In this document: piece after piece, positions 44,694 to 54,977 of the stretch
How the letters are laid out: the number at the start of each line of letters is the position of its first letter
Position numbering within the stretch: position 1 is the stretch's first letter
Origin: an uncultured Chloroflexia bacterium
Lineage (GTDB): Bacteria > Chloroflexota > Dehalococcoidia > DSTF01 > JALHUB01
Assembly (NCBI GenBank): GCA_963703345.1
Contig: OY969814.1
Span: forward strand, 1,056,001-1,120,000
Length of the DNA: 64,000 bases
Reading direction: 5' to 3'
Notes under the pieces: model-generated
What the model saw: the letters and a program-made list of their open reading frames with translations, nothing else
Told to the model about the DNA's origin: nothing
The model's database searches: none
Position numbers and translations under genes: made by a program

Positions 44694-45887
44694 CTACGGC
44701 AGTCGCAGCAGGGGCTGCCCCTGGTAGCTGATGGACTTGATCTCCGCCTCCGCTTTCTTGACGATATCCGTCGAGAGCGGCGCGTAGAGCAGGTCCTTCG
44801 AGTACTGCTGGCCATCGTGAATGCTCCACCAGAGATAGGACACGAGCGACTCGCCCTTCGCCTGGTCGGGCTGATTCACGTAGGCAAGAATCCAGGTGAA
44901 GCCGACGATCGGGTAGGCGCTCGGGTTGCTCGAGTCCGTGATCATCACCTTCGTGTCGTCGGGAATGGTCACGCCGGTCGAGGCGGCGGTTGTCGTCTCC
45001 AGGCTCGGCTCCTCGTAGTTGCCGGACTGGTTCTTGAGCGACGCCCAGGTGAGGTTGTTCTGGATGGCGTAGGCCAGCTCGACGTAGCCGATAGCCCCGG
45101 GTATCTGCTTGACCTGCTGGGCGACGCCGTCGTTCTTCTCGCCGCCGATATCGCCGGGCCACTGCACGGTCGTTGCGTTGCCAACCTTGGTCTGCCACTC
45201 CGAGCTCACCTTGCTCAAGTAGTTGGTGAAGATGAACGTCGTGCCGGAGCCGTCGGAGCGGTGGACGACCGCGATGTCGCTGCTCGGAAGGTTGAGGCCG
45301 GGGTTGAGGGAGGCTATCTTCGGGTCGTTCCACTTGGTGATGTTCTTCAAATAGATGTCCGCCAGAACGTCCGGCGTGAGCTTGAGCTGCCCCTGCTCGA
45401 CGCCCGGCAGGTTGGCGATGACGGCGACGGCCCCGCTGGTCATCGGGATGTGCAGTATTGGGCCTCCCGCGGCCTCGGCGGCAGCGACCTGCTCGTCGGT
45501 CATGATACCGTCGCTGGCGCCGAAGTCCACCGTCTTCGCCGTTATCTGCGATATGCCGGCGCCGGAGCCGACGGACTGGTAGTTGATCTGGACGCTGCAC
45601 TCCTTATCGAACTGTGACGTCCACTTCGAGTACAGCGGGTACGGGAAGCTTGCGCCGGCACCCGTCAGGCTCGTGGCTGCGCCGCCCGGCGGACAGGGGC
45701 TCTGCCCGGCTGTTCCGGTTGACTGAGCCGTCGGGGATTTGCTCGATGCTGTCGGAGTCGGACTGGAAGCGCTGCTGCCGCCGCATGCGGAGGCCAGAAC
45801 GGCCGCCACACCGGCGACCAGCACCGCGCCGAAAGCGAGGCGCCCCCGCCACCATCTCCGCCCATCTTTCGTGTTGTGTGCATCCAT
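44694..45887 (-). CDS. pstS: Phosphate-binding lipoprotein
   Basis: LASAC lipobox, GAGASFP, YQSVGSGAG, DFGASD, RSDGSGTT, GYVELAYA. Confidence 0.96.
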   Translation of the reverse strand: MDAHNTKDGRRWWRGRLAFGAVLVAGVAAVLASACGGSSASSPTPTASSKSPTAQSTGTAGQSPCPPGGAATSLTGAGASFPYPLYSKWTSQFDKECSVQINYQSVGSGAGISQITAKTVDFGASDGIMTDEQVAAAEAAGGPILHIPMTSGAVAVIANLPGVEQGQLKLTPDVLADIYLKNITKWNDPKIASLNPGLNLPSSDIAVVHRSDGSGTTFIFTNYLSKVSSEWQTKVGNATTVQWPGDIGGEKNDGVAQQVKQIPGAIGYVELAYAIQNNLTWASLKNQSGNYEEPSLETTTAASTGVTIPDDTKVMITDSSNPSAYPIVGFTWILAYVNQPDQAKGESLVSYLWWSIHDGQQYSKDLLYAPLSTDIVKKAEAEIKSISYQGQPLLRLP

Positions 45888-45919
45888 CAGAAACTCATCC
45901 CTCCTACTATTGCCTTTCG

Positions 45920-46210
45920 TTAGGCCGGCTGTCCCCAGCCGTCGTTGTCCGAAGGAGTGAAAACCTCTGTCAAGAAGGTCAACCGGCGCTGGCGCGGAAG
46001 CCGAACAACTTCTCGCACCAGGGCCACTGCCCGCAGGCGGACGCGAACGTCTGCCGGGCTTCCAGCAGTGCCCAACTCGGACAGCAATTCGAAGACGGCG
46101 CGACTACTGGCGCGCAGCAGGTGTTCCCGCGCCAGCCGGCAAGCCATCTCTAACTCTTCTTTCGGACCGGTCTCCGCCCATGGGGGCGCGGAGATCGTTG
46201 CTGTCGTCAA
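45920..46210 (-). CDS. Small hypothetical protein (96 aa) in the pst operon leader
   Basis: TTG start overlaps the upstream TGA, purine-rich AGAAGGGA RBS, stop 33 bp before pstS. Confidence 0.45.
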   Translation of the reverse strand: MTTATISAPPWAETGPKEELEMACRLAREHLLRASSRAVFELLSELGTAGSPADVRVRLRAVALVREVVRLPRQRRLTFLTEVFTPSDNDGWGQPA

Positions 46211-46419
46211 TGTTTCCCTTCTTTCCGGGGGCCCATGAGGCCAGAATCTCGGAGCGCAGCCATCGCGACCGGCAGCCAGCGGTCTCGTCGTTCTCTCGCG
46301 AACCGAGCGATGCGGCCGGCCCATCGCCGCGTCGTCTCGCCGGCGGAGCCTGGCTGCTTCGAGGCTCCCGGTGTGGGAAGAGTGTCCGCCTTGCCCCATG
46401 CCACCTGTTGATCGATCAT
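46207..46419 (-). CDS. Small hypothetical protein (up to 70 aa) in the pst operon leader
   Basis: Starts just after a Pho-box-like promoter and is coupled (TTGA) to the next ORF. Confidence 0.35.
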   Translation of the reverse strand: MIDQQVAWGKADTLPTPGASKQPGSAGETTRRWAGRIARFARERRDRWLPVAMAALRDSGLMGPRKEGKH

Positions 46420-46428
46420 CTCGACTTC

Positions 46429-46482
46429 AGAATAGCGATGAGGAATTAACGTGCCTTCAACGCCGGTAAACGGGATGTAAAC
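46429..46482 (-). promoter_or_regulatory. Putative Pho box and -10 element
   Basis: Minus strand GTTTACA-tccc-GTTTACC (11-bp period, like the Gram-positive TTHACA box) and TATTCT downstream; lies between phoR and pstS. Confidence 0.55.
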
Positions 46483-46494
46483 GTTTTGGGAGCG

Positions 46495-48270
46495 TTAGGA
46501 GAGTTGAGAGGGGTCGCTGACAGGAAGCGTGAAGATGAACGTCGAGCCATGGCCTTCCTGGCTGCGGGCGCTGACGGTGCCGCCGTGAGCCTCGACGGTG
46601 TGCTTGACGACGGCGAGACCCAGGCCGGTGCCACGGTCACCGCGGGCGCGGTCGACCTTGTAGAAGCGCTCGAAGATGCGCGGCAGTTTCTCGGCCGAGA
46701 TGCCATCGCCCGTGTCCTCGACCTCCACCTGCACGGCGCCGTCAACGAGTTGCGCCGATACTCGAACTAAGCCGCCTTCGAGCGTGAACTTGATCGCGTT
46801 GTCCAGCAGATTGACCGTAGCCTGCTCCAACCGCCCGGCGTCGCCGATAACCGGGGGCAGCGTCGGCGCGACTTCGAGGGTGAGCGTAAGGCCCTTTCGC
46901 TCCGACTGCGGCCGCATTCGCTCGACTGCCTGCTCCAGCATCGGCCCGACTTCGACCGGCTCTCTAGCCAGCGGCGCCTGCCCCGATTCCAGCCGCGACA
47001 GCTCCAACAGCTCAGTTACCATCTGCACCAGCCGGTCAACTTCCGCATCCGCGCGGGACAGGAAGTCCTGCGCGACGGCCTTGTCGTCCAGGGCGCCGGA
47101 CTGCAGCGTCTCGACGACGGACTTGATGGAGGCGAGCGGTGTCCGCAGCTCGTGCGAGACGTTGGCGATGAAGTCGCGACGCGTGTCCTCGACGCGCTTC
47201 GCCTCCGTGACGTCGTGGAAGACGACCAGCGCTACCCAGTCGCCGCCGCCGGCGATAGGCGCCGCCGACACCTGGAGGAAGCGACCCTTCGGCCTCTCGA
47301 TGACCAGACTCCGCATCTTGCTGGTCTCGCGGGCGTCGCGCAAGGCCTGGACGGCCTGCTCCTCCGGCATCGCCCACACGAACGGATTGCCGACGGCCTC
47401 TTCCGGTCGTCGGCCCAGCAGCGGCCCGACGGCGCGGCTGGCAAATGTGACGCGCCCCTCGGTGTCAACGGCCAAGACGGCGTCGCTGCCGCTGTCCAGC
47501 ACGGCCGTGAGGCGGCCGCGCTCCTCGGAGACCTTGGCGACCAGACTTTCGACGCCCTGCGCCATCTGGTTGAACGCGTCCGCCACCTCGCCAACTTCTC
47601 CGGATGGTCGTGGCTTCACGCGACGCGTCAGGTCGCCTCGCGCGACGCCGCGGGCCGCATTCGCCAGGGCGCCGAGAGGACGAACGATGGTGCTGCCGAT
47701 GATGAGGCTGAGCAGCGCAGCGATGGCACCAGTGATGACAATGGCGATCAACAGCGAGTGGGTGATGCTGGAGAGCGTTGCGTCGATGGCCGACAGGGGT
47801 CGCGCTACCCGCACGACGGCGGCCGGACTGCCGTTGACATCCACACGCTCGGCCACGTAGCTGAAGTTGACGCTCAAAGTCGCGCTGCTGCGCACGTCCT
47901 TCCCCGAACCTGACTGCATCGCCGCCTGGACCTCCGGCCGGCTGGCGTGGTTCTCCATCGTCGCTGGATCGGCCTCGGAATCGCCCAGGACGGTGCCGTC
48001 GGGGGCGATGATCGTAACCCGCGTATCGACGCCCGCACCGACCTGCTTCGCGAGTGCGTCGAAGCTGGACTGAGGCGCGTTCGATTCCAGCAGAGCATGC
48101 ACGGAGTTGGCGACGATCTGTGCTTCGGAGGTGAGGTATGACTCCGTGTTCGAGCGCATGTCCGCGTCGACTTCGTGGATGACGACGAGGCCGAGCGCGC
48201 CGAAAGCGGCGACGATCAGGAGGACGTAGGCCGCGATGCGAAGTCGAATGCTGCCGAGCATGCTAGCCAT
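46495..48270 (-). CDS. phoR: Sensor histidine kinase (HAMP-PAS-HisKA-HATPase)
   Basis: [48 protein letters not shown]; next to phoB and pst. Confidence 0.9.
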   Translation of the reverse strand: MASMLGSIRLRIAAYVLLIVAAFGALGLVVIHEVDADMRSNTESYLTSEAQIVANSVHALLESNAPQSSFDALAKQVGAGVDTRVTIIAPDGTVLGDSEADPATMENHASRPEVQAAMQSGSGKDVRSSATLSVNFSYVAERVDVNGSPAAVVRVARPLSAIDATLSSITHSLLIAIVITGAIAALLSLIIGSTIVRPLGALANAARGVARGDLTRRVKPRPSGEVGEVADAFNQMAQGVESLVAKVSEERGRLTAVLDSGSDAVLAVDTEGRVTFASRAVGPLLGRRPEEAVGNPFVWAMPEEQAVQALRDARETSKMRSLVIERPKGRFLQVSAAPIAGGGDWVALVVFHDVTEAKRVEDTRRDFIANVSHELRTPLASIKSVVETLQSGALDDKAVAQDFLSRADAEVDRLVQMVTELLELSRLESGQAPLAREPVEVGPMLEQAVERMRPQSERKGLTLTLEVAPTLPPVIGDAGRLEQATVNLLDNAIKFTLEGGLVRVSAQLVDGAVQVEVEDTGDGISAEKLPRIFERFYKVDRARGDRGTGLGLAVVKHTVEAHGGTVSARSQEGHGSTFIFTLPVSDPSQLS

Positions 48271-48943
48271 CGAAGCGATAGCCCGTGCCGCGTACGGTAA
48301 CCAGGCGCGTGGGCTTCGCCGGCTCGTCCTCTATCTTCTGACGCAGCCAGCTAACGTGGACGTCAACCGTGCGCGTGCCGCCGACGAAATCGTATCCCCA
48401 GATCTGGTCCAGCAACTGCTCGCGGGTGAAGGCGCGGCCGCGGTTTCGCAGGAAGAACGTAAGAAGCTCAAGCTCCTTCGGCTTCAACGTCAGCACTTCG
48501 CCGCATCGCGACGCCTCTCGCCGTCTAAGGTCGATTTCGATGTCGCGACACGAAAGGGTCTCCGGCTGCTCTTCGCTTCCGGCTGTCGAGCGACGAAGGA
48601 GGCCCTTCACCCGTGCCATCAGCTCGCGCATGCTGAACGGCTTCGTCACGTAGTCGTCGGCGCCGATCTCCAGGCCCACAACTCTGTCGACCTCTTCGGT
48701 CTTGGCTGTAAGCATGAGGATGGGCACGTTCATCTCGCGCCTCAGCAGGCGGCAGACTTCGAAACCGTCGATCACCGGCAGCATAACGTCGAGGACTATG
48801 AGATCGGGGCGATCCTGACGAGCGCGATTGAGGGCGGTCTCGCCGTCGCCGGCGGTAGCGACGCTGTAGCCTTCACGCTCGAGGTTGTACTTGACCGTCG
48901 CCACGAGCGTGGGCTCGTCATCCACAACGAGGATTCTCTTCAC
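48263..48943 (-). CDS. phoB: OmpR-family response regulator (PhoB/PhoP)
   Basis: [47 protein letters not shown]. Confidence 0.9.
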   Translation of the reverse strand: MKRILVVDDEPTLVATVKYNLEREGYSVATAGDGETALNRARQDRPDLIVLDVMLPVIDGFEVCRLLRREMNVPILMLTAKTEEVDRVVGLEIGADDYVTKPFSMRELMARVKGLLRRSTAGSEEQPETLSCRDIEIDLRRREASRCGEVLTLKPKELELLTFFLRNRGRAFTREQLLDQIWGYDFVGGTRTVDVHVSWLRQKIEDEPAKPTRLVTVRGTGYRFDG

Positions 48944-49006
48944 AATCGGCTATCCAGACTCACCACTATTATACGGTTCGCGACGCCTTGTCACCATTAG
49001 CGGGGC

Positions 49007-49287
49007 GCCACCCTCGTGTTCTGCTCGGTGCCCGACCCAATAGCAGGCCTCTGGGAGTTGAGGCGAGTGCTGCGGGCGGGCAACTCCTTCTGTTAGAGCA
49101 CGTTCGAGCGGAGCAACCCCGCGTTGGGACCCGCATCGCCCCTTCTCAATCCGATTACCGGCCGCATGACGGGAGCCAACATCAACCGACGAACTGTTGA
49201 CAATGTTAAGGCCGCCGGATTCGCGGTGACGGCGGTCGAAAAGCATGCCGCAATCATCCGGCTAATCGAGGCGGCGCCCTACTCTAG
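49007..49287 (+). pseudogene. Frameshifted 3' fragment of a class I SAM methyltransferase
   Basis: ATLVFCSVPDPIAGLWELRRVLR / GGQLLLLEHVR / LNPITGRMTGANINRRTVDNVKAAGF in shifting frames. Confidence 0.75.
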
Positions 49288-49376
49288 GGGCCCAAGAAAT
49301 GCGCGGCCGGCCTTCCCACGCCGGCGATCTCCGTTGCCGCCGCCAAGCTTTCCGAGCTCCGTCCGTTCAGCAGGGG

Positions 49377-49404
49377 TTGACAGAAATACTCCAGCCGTTA
49401 AAAT
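49377..49404 (+). promoter_or_regulatory. Sigma70 promoter of the Rrf2 gene
   Basis: TTGACA-16 bp-TAAAAT, followed by CTACTAAGTCCATAG, which resembles an Rrf2-family operator. Confidence 0.55.
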
Positions 49405-49449
49405 GGCTACTAAGTCCATAGACTTCATGGCATCAGAAGGGCCGGGAAC

Positions 49450-49893
49450 ATGAAAGTATCCACCAAGGGCAGATACGGCACGAGGGCGATGCTGGACGTT
49501 GCTCTGCATGCCGACGAGGGCCTCGTTCACCTGAAAGACATTGCCGAACGGCAGGAGGTCTCCAAGAAGTACCTCGAGCACCTGGTGACCCGGCTCGAAG
49601 CGGACGGCCTGCTGAGGACTGTTCGCGGCGCCGGTGGCGGAGTCGCCCTCGCCAGGCCGCCGTCGGAGATCACGATTCTGGACATCCTGTGCACTTTGGA
49701 GGGGACCCTGGCGCCAGTCGAATGCGTCGACCGGCCGGAGGTGTGTCCGCGCTCTGTCAACTGTGGGGCGCGCGACCTCTGGGCGGACTTGGGCGGCGTC
49801 ATAACGGATTTTCTGGGATCGGTCACGCTCGACGACCTCTGCGAGCGGCAGCGGGCGAAGGAAAAGCCCTCCGCTTTCACCTACTATATCTAG
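49450..49893 (+). CDS. Rrf2-family transcriptional regulator (IscR/CymR-like, three Cys)
   Basis: MKVSTKGRYGTRAMLD, IAERQEVSKKYLE, RGAGGG, ECVDRPEVCPRSVNC. Confidence 0.93.
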   Translation: MKVSTKGRYGTRAMLDVALHADEGLVHLKDIAERQEVSKKYLEHLVTRLEADGLLRTVRGAGGGVALARPPSEITILDILCTLEGTLAPVECVDRPEVCPRSVNCGARDLWADLGGVITDFLGSVTLDDLCERQRAKEKPSAFTYYI

Positions 49894-49914
49894 CGGCGGC
49901 AGGGGAGCCTCCAA

Positions 49915-50949
49915 ATGAAGATGACCGCGGCGGGCACCCGGTCGTACACCTTCCACGTCAACGGCATGCACTGCAAAGCATGCGTATTGCTCGCCGAGAG
50001 CGAACTTGCCGAGCATCCGAAAGTGATCTCCGCCAGGGCTAGCCTGCGGACGCGATCTGTGCAGATTCGCGGAGACTTCGGGGCCAGACCGCCCGAGGAA
50101 GTCGTCAAAGAGCTGTCCGCCTTCCTATCCCAACACTCGCTGTCGACGACAGCGCAAGAAAGACACGTTGACTGGGATGAATTTGGCGTCGCCGTTCCCA
50201 TCGCCATCAGTTGTGCCGCGCTCTTCGTCCTGTTGCAAGCGCTTGGCATCGGAAACCTTGCCAGCGGGAATGCCACCACCTACGGCACCGCCTTCGTGGT
50301 CGGCGTGGTCGCATCTCTTTCGACCTGCGCGGCAGTTGTTGGCGGCCTGGTGCTCTCGATATCGGCGACATTCGCGCGGTCGGGGGAAAAGGCGAGACCG
50401 CAGGCCTTGTTCCACGCCGGCCGAATTGTTTCGTTCTTCATCCTGGGCGGCGCAATCGGCCTGCTCGGCTCCGCATTTCGTTTACAGTCGACGGGGACGT
50501 TCATACTGAGCTTTGCCGTCGCTCTTCTCATGCTCGCGATCGGCCTCAATTTGATGGACGTGTTCCCCTGGGCGCGCCGGTTTCAACCCTCGCTGCCGCG
50601 ATTCGTCTCGAAGAAGGCTTTGGGCGCCACCGGCCTCAGCAGCACAGTGGCGCCGGCGCTGGTCGGCGGTGCGACGTTCTTCCTGCCCTGCGGCTTCACC
50701 CAGGCCATGCAGTTCTACGCGGTGTCAACCGGCAGCGCCGTAACTGGCGCTCTCACGATGCTCTTTTTCGCCCTCGGAACGCTTCCGGTGTTGGCGGCGC
50801 TGAGTTTCACCTCGTTGGCCGTCAACACGAAAGAGAACCAGGGCGTCTTCTTCAAATCGGTGGGGATGCTGGTGATTCTTTTCGCGGTTTTCAATGCCGT
50901 CAACAGCCTGGCGGCGCTTGGTGTGATCGACCCGGTGTTCAGCCGCTGA
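49915..50949 (+). CDS. HMA domain + DsbD_2/UreH-like membrane protein
   Basis: GMHCKAC metal-binding motif, SLSTCAAVVGG, FFLPCGFTQAMQ, multiple TM segments. Confidence 0.87.
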   Translation: MKMTAAGTRSYTFHVNGMHCKACVLLAESELAEHPKVISARASLRTRSVQIRGDFGARPPEEVVKELSAFLSQHSLSTTAQERHVDWDEFGVAVPIAISCAALFVLLQALGIGNLASGNATTYGTAFVVGVVASLSTCAAVVGGLVLSISATFARSGEKARPQALFHAGRIVSFFILGGAIGLLGSAFRLQSTGTFILSFAVALLMLAIGLNLMDVFPWARRFQPSLPRFVSKKALGATGLSSTVAPALVGGATFFLPCGFTQAMQFYAVSTGSAVTGALTMLFFALGTLPVLAALSFTSLAVNTKENQGVFFKSVGMLVILFAVFNAVNSLAALGVIDPVFSR

Positions 50950-50963
50950 TGGGGAGGCGCGAT

Positions 50964-51380
50964 ATGACGAAGAGCAACAGGAAGTCAAGGACACCCACGA
51001 TACTGGCGTGGCTCGTCGCTGCCGTCGTCGTGTCGGTCGTGGCCACCGTCGTGCTCGTTCGGCATGGTGGGAACGCGGGAGATGCGGGGCAGACCAACGC
51101 CTCCATCGTCGGCGGAAACCAGACCGTCGAGATCACTGCCAAGAACGGCTACAGTCCGCGGGATACGATAGCAAAAGCGAACCTGCCGATGACCCTCAAA
51201 ATCGAGTCCGCCGGGGACTTCGACTGTTCGTCGTCTCTCAGCATCCCCAAGCTGGGCTACCAGGCGAATCTGCCGCCCTCGGGAGAGACGGTGATCGCTG
51301 TGCCGCCCCAGCAAGCGGGCTCGACGCTAAAGGGATTGTGCTCGATGGGAATGTACAGCTTCACCATCCGGTTCGAATAG
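50964..51380 (+). CDS. Cupredoxin-like domain protein with N-terminal anchor
   Basis: GYSP, DCSSSLSIP, GLCSMGMY; GGGGAGG RBS. Confidence 0.85.
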   Translation: MTKSNRKSRTPTILAWLVAAVVVSVVATVVLVRHGGNAGDAGQTNASIVGGNQTVEITAKNGYSPRDTIAKANLPMTLKIESAGDFDCSSSLSIPKLGYQANLPPSGETVIAVPPQQAGSTLKGLCSMGMYSFTIRFE

Positions 51381-51474
51381 GAGGCGCTCCGCGCAGTGTG
51401 GGCTATCGTGCATGTCATGCACTAAAGCACGGAAACGGACAGAGAATAGCTAGAAAGGTCAGGAGGTGACCGAG

Positions 51475-52062
51475 ATGGCAACAAGAGGCGAGGCCCGCCC
51501 ATTTGGGAAAAGTGAGTTGACCGGGCAGTCGGTCCGGGTTAGGAAGGTGGGCATCCCCCGGACTTGGGTAGCTGCCCTCCCCGATCTCCTCGCCCAATCC
51601 ATTATGGTACCTGCTACGCTCGTGTTACGGCTAACGATGGGTTGGATCTTCATTTACGCCGGCTTCGACAAGCTCCTGACTGGTTTCAGCGCCTCAAGCT
51701 ATCTGCTTCACAGCACGAAGGGGCCGCTGACCTTCTGGTTCCACAGCCTGGGCTCGAATCAGGCGGCGATCAACGTGATCAACCCGCTGGTCACCTGGGG
51801 CGAGATCCTGATCGGGATGACGCTCGTACTGGGGCTCTTCACGCGGGGCGGCATCTTCTGGGGATCGGTGATCCTGATGATGTTCTACCTGTCCCAGTGG
51901 CCTCCGGCGACCAATCCCTTCATGGGTTACCACCTGGTCTACATCTTGCTGCTGACGCTGCTGGGTGCCTTGGGGGCAGGACGGACACTTGGCGTGGACG
52001 CGCTGGCGGAGCGGATACCCTGGGTCAAGCGGAATCACGCGGTCACCCTGCTGCTAGGGTGA
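51475..52062 (+). CDS. DoxX-family membrane protein (copy 1)
   Basis: LRLTMGWIFIYAGFDKL, WGEILIG, GAGRTLGVD; AGGAGGT RBS. Confidence 0.88.
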   Translation: MATRGEARPFGKSELTGQSVRVRKVGIPRTWVAALPDLLAQSIMVPATLVLRLTMGWIFIYAGFDKLLTGFSASSYLLHSTKGPLTFWFHSLGSNQAAINVINPLVTWGEILIGMTLVLGLFTRGGIFWGSVILMMFYLSQWPPATNPFMGYHLVYILLLTLLGALGAGRTLGVDALAERIPWVKRNHAVTLLLG

Positions 52063-52223
52063 CGAGTCGAGAGTCAAACGGCGGGGGGCGGCCGCACCAG
52101 CGATAGGCATCCAGCAACTGGATGAACTTCCAGAAGCGAGTGGGGCCGCTCTCCGACAAGACCTAAGGTCGAGCTGTAGCGGCTCGACAGGCCGTTGACA
52201 GGCGAAGCGAGCGGTGGACGCAA

Positions 52224-52372
52224 TCACCGGCTTGCGCTCGTCAGGTCGGCGGCGACCTTCTCGACAGCCGCGAAGCCGCCCTTCAGCTCCATGCTGATCA
52301 TAGCGCCGAAGCCGCTCATCTGCTTGTTGGCCAGCGCGTATTGCTGGTTGCTGGGCAAGCCCGGGAGCAGGA
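52224..52372 (-). pseudogene. Internal fragment of a cystathionine/methionine gamma-lyase-family enzyme
   Basis: PGLPSNQQYALANKQMSGFGAMISMELKGG matches the YPGLPSHPQH...QMxGFGG segment. Confidence 0.75.
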
Positions 52373-52626
52373 GGGTCGCCAGCATTGCAAGGAGCAGAGA
52401 TCGCTTCATTTTCACCTACCGACCTAGCCCGGCCGCGGACCTCTCACGTCATCGGCGGCATCTGTCGAATGTGTCGCCTGCAGTCTATGTCATTCGGTGC
52501 CGTTCGATTCTGCATCCGGGCAGAAAGCAGCGCAACAACCGCGGCAAATTCGAGCCGATGTTAGTTCTCATCGCTGCGATGACAATCCCAGTGACGTAGG
52601 GCCACGAGGCGATCACGTTGCGCGAC

Positions 52627-52655
52627 TTGACATGCTGCTCCAACTGGGCGACAAT
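52627..52655 (+). promoter_or_regulatory. Sigma70 promoter upstream of the LysM-NlpC/P60 gene
   Basis: TTGACA-17 bp-GACAAT. Confidence 0.55.
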
Positions 52656-52778
52656 TCCTGTCGCGTGGAAAGAGCGGCCCTGGACTTGGAGGCCGCCTCT
52701 ACGGAACCCGACAGGACGGCAGGCCCGCGAGACGGGGGAGCCAGACGGGCCGTTCCGCTCTAGCAGGAGGCGAGGAGC

Positions 52779-54029
52779 ATCAAAGGCACGCTCAGCCCGC
52801 GTTGTCCTGGGCCCGGGAACCGCCCGGAGACGCGAAACCCCCCGCGACAAGAATCTCCTACCGCCGCCCGATTCCGACGGAAGTACAGGCCGTGTCTGCA
52901 TCTCCTCATTTTCGTTCTCGTCGGGCTGGCTGTTCTCTCCGCCACTCTCTTCTCCCGACACCTCGATCTCAGCACTAACGCGGCATCTACCCGCATAGAC
53001 GCGCCGCCGGTTGCGCCTACCGGTTCGGTGACGGCGGTGCAAGGCGATTCTGTCCTCCATTCCGCGCTATTGCCGCTGACAATCATCACGGCTCACCCCA
53101 ACGACGTCTCCGGCCCCCTTCTGCTGCCGTCGCCCGCCGCGACGCCCGTACCGTCAGATGATGCGACGATCATGGAAGCGGCCGGCCTCAGCGACGAGAC
53201 CCCCCAGCCGACGCCATCGCCCTCGCCGCTGCCCATCTGCACCACATATGTCGTGCAGGACGGCGATACTGTGAGCGGTCTGGCGGCAAGGTACGGGATT
53301 TCATCCGCGACAATTCTCTGGAACAACGACCTCAAGAGCGCCGATTCGCTTTCGCTCGGGCAGCAGCTTCGCCTGCCGACGAGCGACGGCATCATCTACG
53401 AAGTCAGGCCCGACGACACGTTGAGCGACATCGCCGCTCGCTTTAATGTCGACGTTCAGGCGATCGTCGGCTTCCCGGCGAACGGCCTCGCCGACGCCAA
53501 CAGCCTCGCCGTGAACCAGACGATCTTCATTCCCGGCGGCGTCATGCCCGCCCCCATCGCGACGGCCAGCGCTACGCCTGAGCCTCGTCCCACGAATCCT
53601 CCGGCAGCCACGGCCGTGCCCCCGCCTGCGCCGGCATCCGGCGGCAGCTCAACCGACCTCGGGTCACGAGCGGTGGAGCTGGCGCGCTCCCGCATCGGCT
53701 CGGCGTACTCCCCGGGCGGCGCCGGACCGGACCGCTTCGACTGCAGCGGATTGGTTTCCTGGGTCTATTCGCAGCTTGGCATCGACATACCGCGCTCGGC
53801 CCCGGACCAGTACGCCTGGGCGACTCCCGTCTCGCGCGACCAGATGGAGCGCGGCGATCTGGTCTTCTTCGAAGGGACGACCTCATCGGGCGGGATCACT
53901 CACGTTGGCATCTACGCGGGCGGCGACGGAGTCATTATGGCGGTGGATAACGGCGACACCGTCCGCGAGGTGTCGCTCGCCGAAGACTACTGGAACGAGC
54001 ACTTCGCCGCCGCCGGCCGACCCCACTGA
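52779..54029 (+). CDS. LysM-LysM-NlpC/P60 peptidoglycan endopeptidase (start uncertain: ATC 52779 or GTG 53028)
   Basis: YVVQDGDTVSGLAARYG, YEVRPDDTLSDIAARF, FDCSGLV, HVGIY. The frame is open upstream of 53028 through a TM segment. Confidence 0.85.
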   Translation: MKGTLSPRCPGPGNRPETRNPPRQESPTAARFRRKYRPCLHLLIFVLVGLAVLSATLFSRHLDLSTNAASTRIDAPPVAPTGSVTAVQGDSVLHSALLPLTIITAHPNDVSGPLLLPSPAATPVPSDDATIMEAAGLSDETPQPTPSPSPLPICTTYVVQDGDTVSGLAARYGISSATILWNNDLKSADSLSLGQQLRLPTSDGIIYEVRPDDTLSDIAARFNVDVQAIVGFPANGLADANSLAVNQTIFIPGGVMPAPIATASATPEPRPTNPPAATAVPPPAPASGGSSTDLGSRAVELARSRIGSAYSPGGAGPDRFDCSGLVSWVYSQLGIDIPRSAPDQYAWATPVSRDQMERGDLVFFEGTTSSGGITHVGIYAGGDGVIMAVDNGDTVREVSLAEDYWNEHFAAAGRPH

Positions 54030-54164
54030 TCGCCGCACCTGCCTGACCTTGCGACTCACCACGCGTCGCGCTGACGGACTGTCCGCTCGCTACGACGAGC
54101 AGCGATAAGATAGACTGGTGTTGACCTTCTTTAGTCGATGGCGGAGCGTTGCGGGCAGGCAGCT

Positions 54165-54977
54165 ATGGACGAAGTCGACAGGTACGACAGGCACATCCTT
54201 TTTCCAGGCATTGGCGAGGCGGGACAGGAGAAGCTCGGCCGTAGCAGCGTCGTGATCGTCGGCTGCGGGGGTCTCGGCAGCACTGCCGCGACCGCTCTCG
54301 CCCGCGCCGGCATCGGCCGCCTCCGTGTCATCGACCGCGACTTGATCGAATACCACAACCTGCATCGCCAGGTTCTCTACGACGAAGAGGACGTGAAGCG
54401 GCGGACCCCGAAGGCCGTTGCCGCCGAGCGCCGCTTGAAGGCCGCCAACTCGGCAATCGAGGTGGAAGGAATAGTAGCCGACGTCAACAACCGCAACGTC
54501 GAGAAGCTCGTCGAAGGCGCGGACGTCATCGTCGACGGGCTGGACAACCTCGAAGCCCGCTACCTCATCAACGACGTTTCCCTGAAGCTGCGAATCCCCT
54601 GGGTCTACGGCGCCGCCGTCTCCTCCTTCGGCATGATGATGGCCGTCCTGCCGGGCCGCACGCCCTGCATTCGCTGCCTCTTCTCGTCCCTGCCGCCGCT
54701 GGGAACGCGCATCACATCCGACACGGTGGGCATCCTCAACGCCGTCCCCATGGTCGTCGGCGCGCTGCAAGCGGCGGAGACGATCAAGCTCCTTGTGGCC
54801 GAGGCGACGCCCGGATTGGTGACTGTCGACCTCTGGTCCGGCGAGTTCCAGCGACTGGCCGTCGGTGAGCCGTCGCCGGATTGCCCTGCCTGCCAGGGCC
54901 GCTACGAATTCCTCGACGCGCGTTTCGGCGTTCGAGCATTACCCGTCTCAGGAGGGAACCATGACAAAGATCGCTGA
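54165..54977 (+). CDS. ThiF/MoeB-family adenylyltransferase
   Basis: [37 protein letters not shown] and CPAC zinc motifs. Confidence 0.9.
   Translation: MDEVDRYDRHILFPGIGEAGQEKLGRSSVVIVGCGGLGSTAATALARAGIGRLRVIDRDLIEYHNLHRQVLYDEEDVKRRTPKAVAAERRLKAANSAIEVEGIVADVNNRNVEKLVEGADVIVDGLDNLEARYLINDVSLKLRIPWVYGAAVSSFGMMMAVLPGRTPCIRCLFSSLPPLGTRITSDTVGILNAVPMVVGALQAAETIKLLVAEATPGLVTVDLWSGEFQRLAVGEPSPDCPACQGRYEFLDARFGVRALPVSGGNHDKDR

Noticed and set aside
52660-52765. c-di-AMP (ydaO) riboswitch upstream of the LysM gene
   Set aside because: Only GAACCCGACAG resembles it; the GCTGAATC, GGGGTGAATC and GCTAAC elements are missing.
54140-54160. GGAGCGTTGCG, SAH riboswitch-like core
   Set aside because: No flanking stem or CCAGGCTC element.
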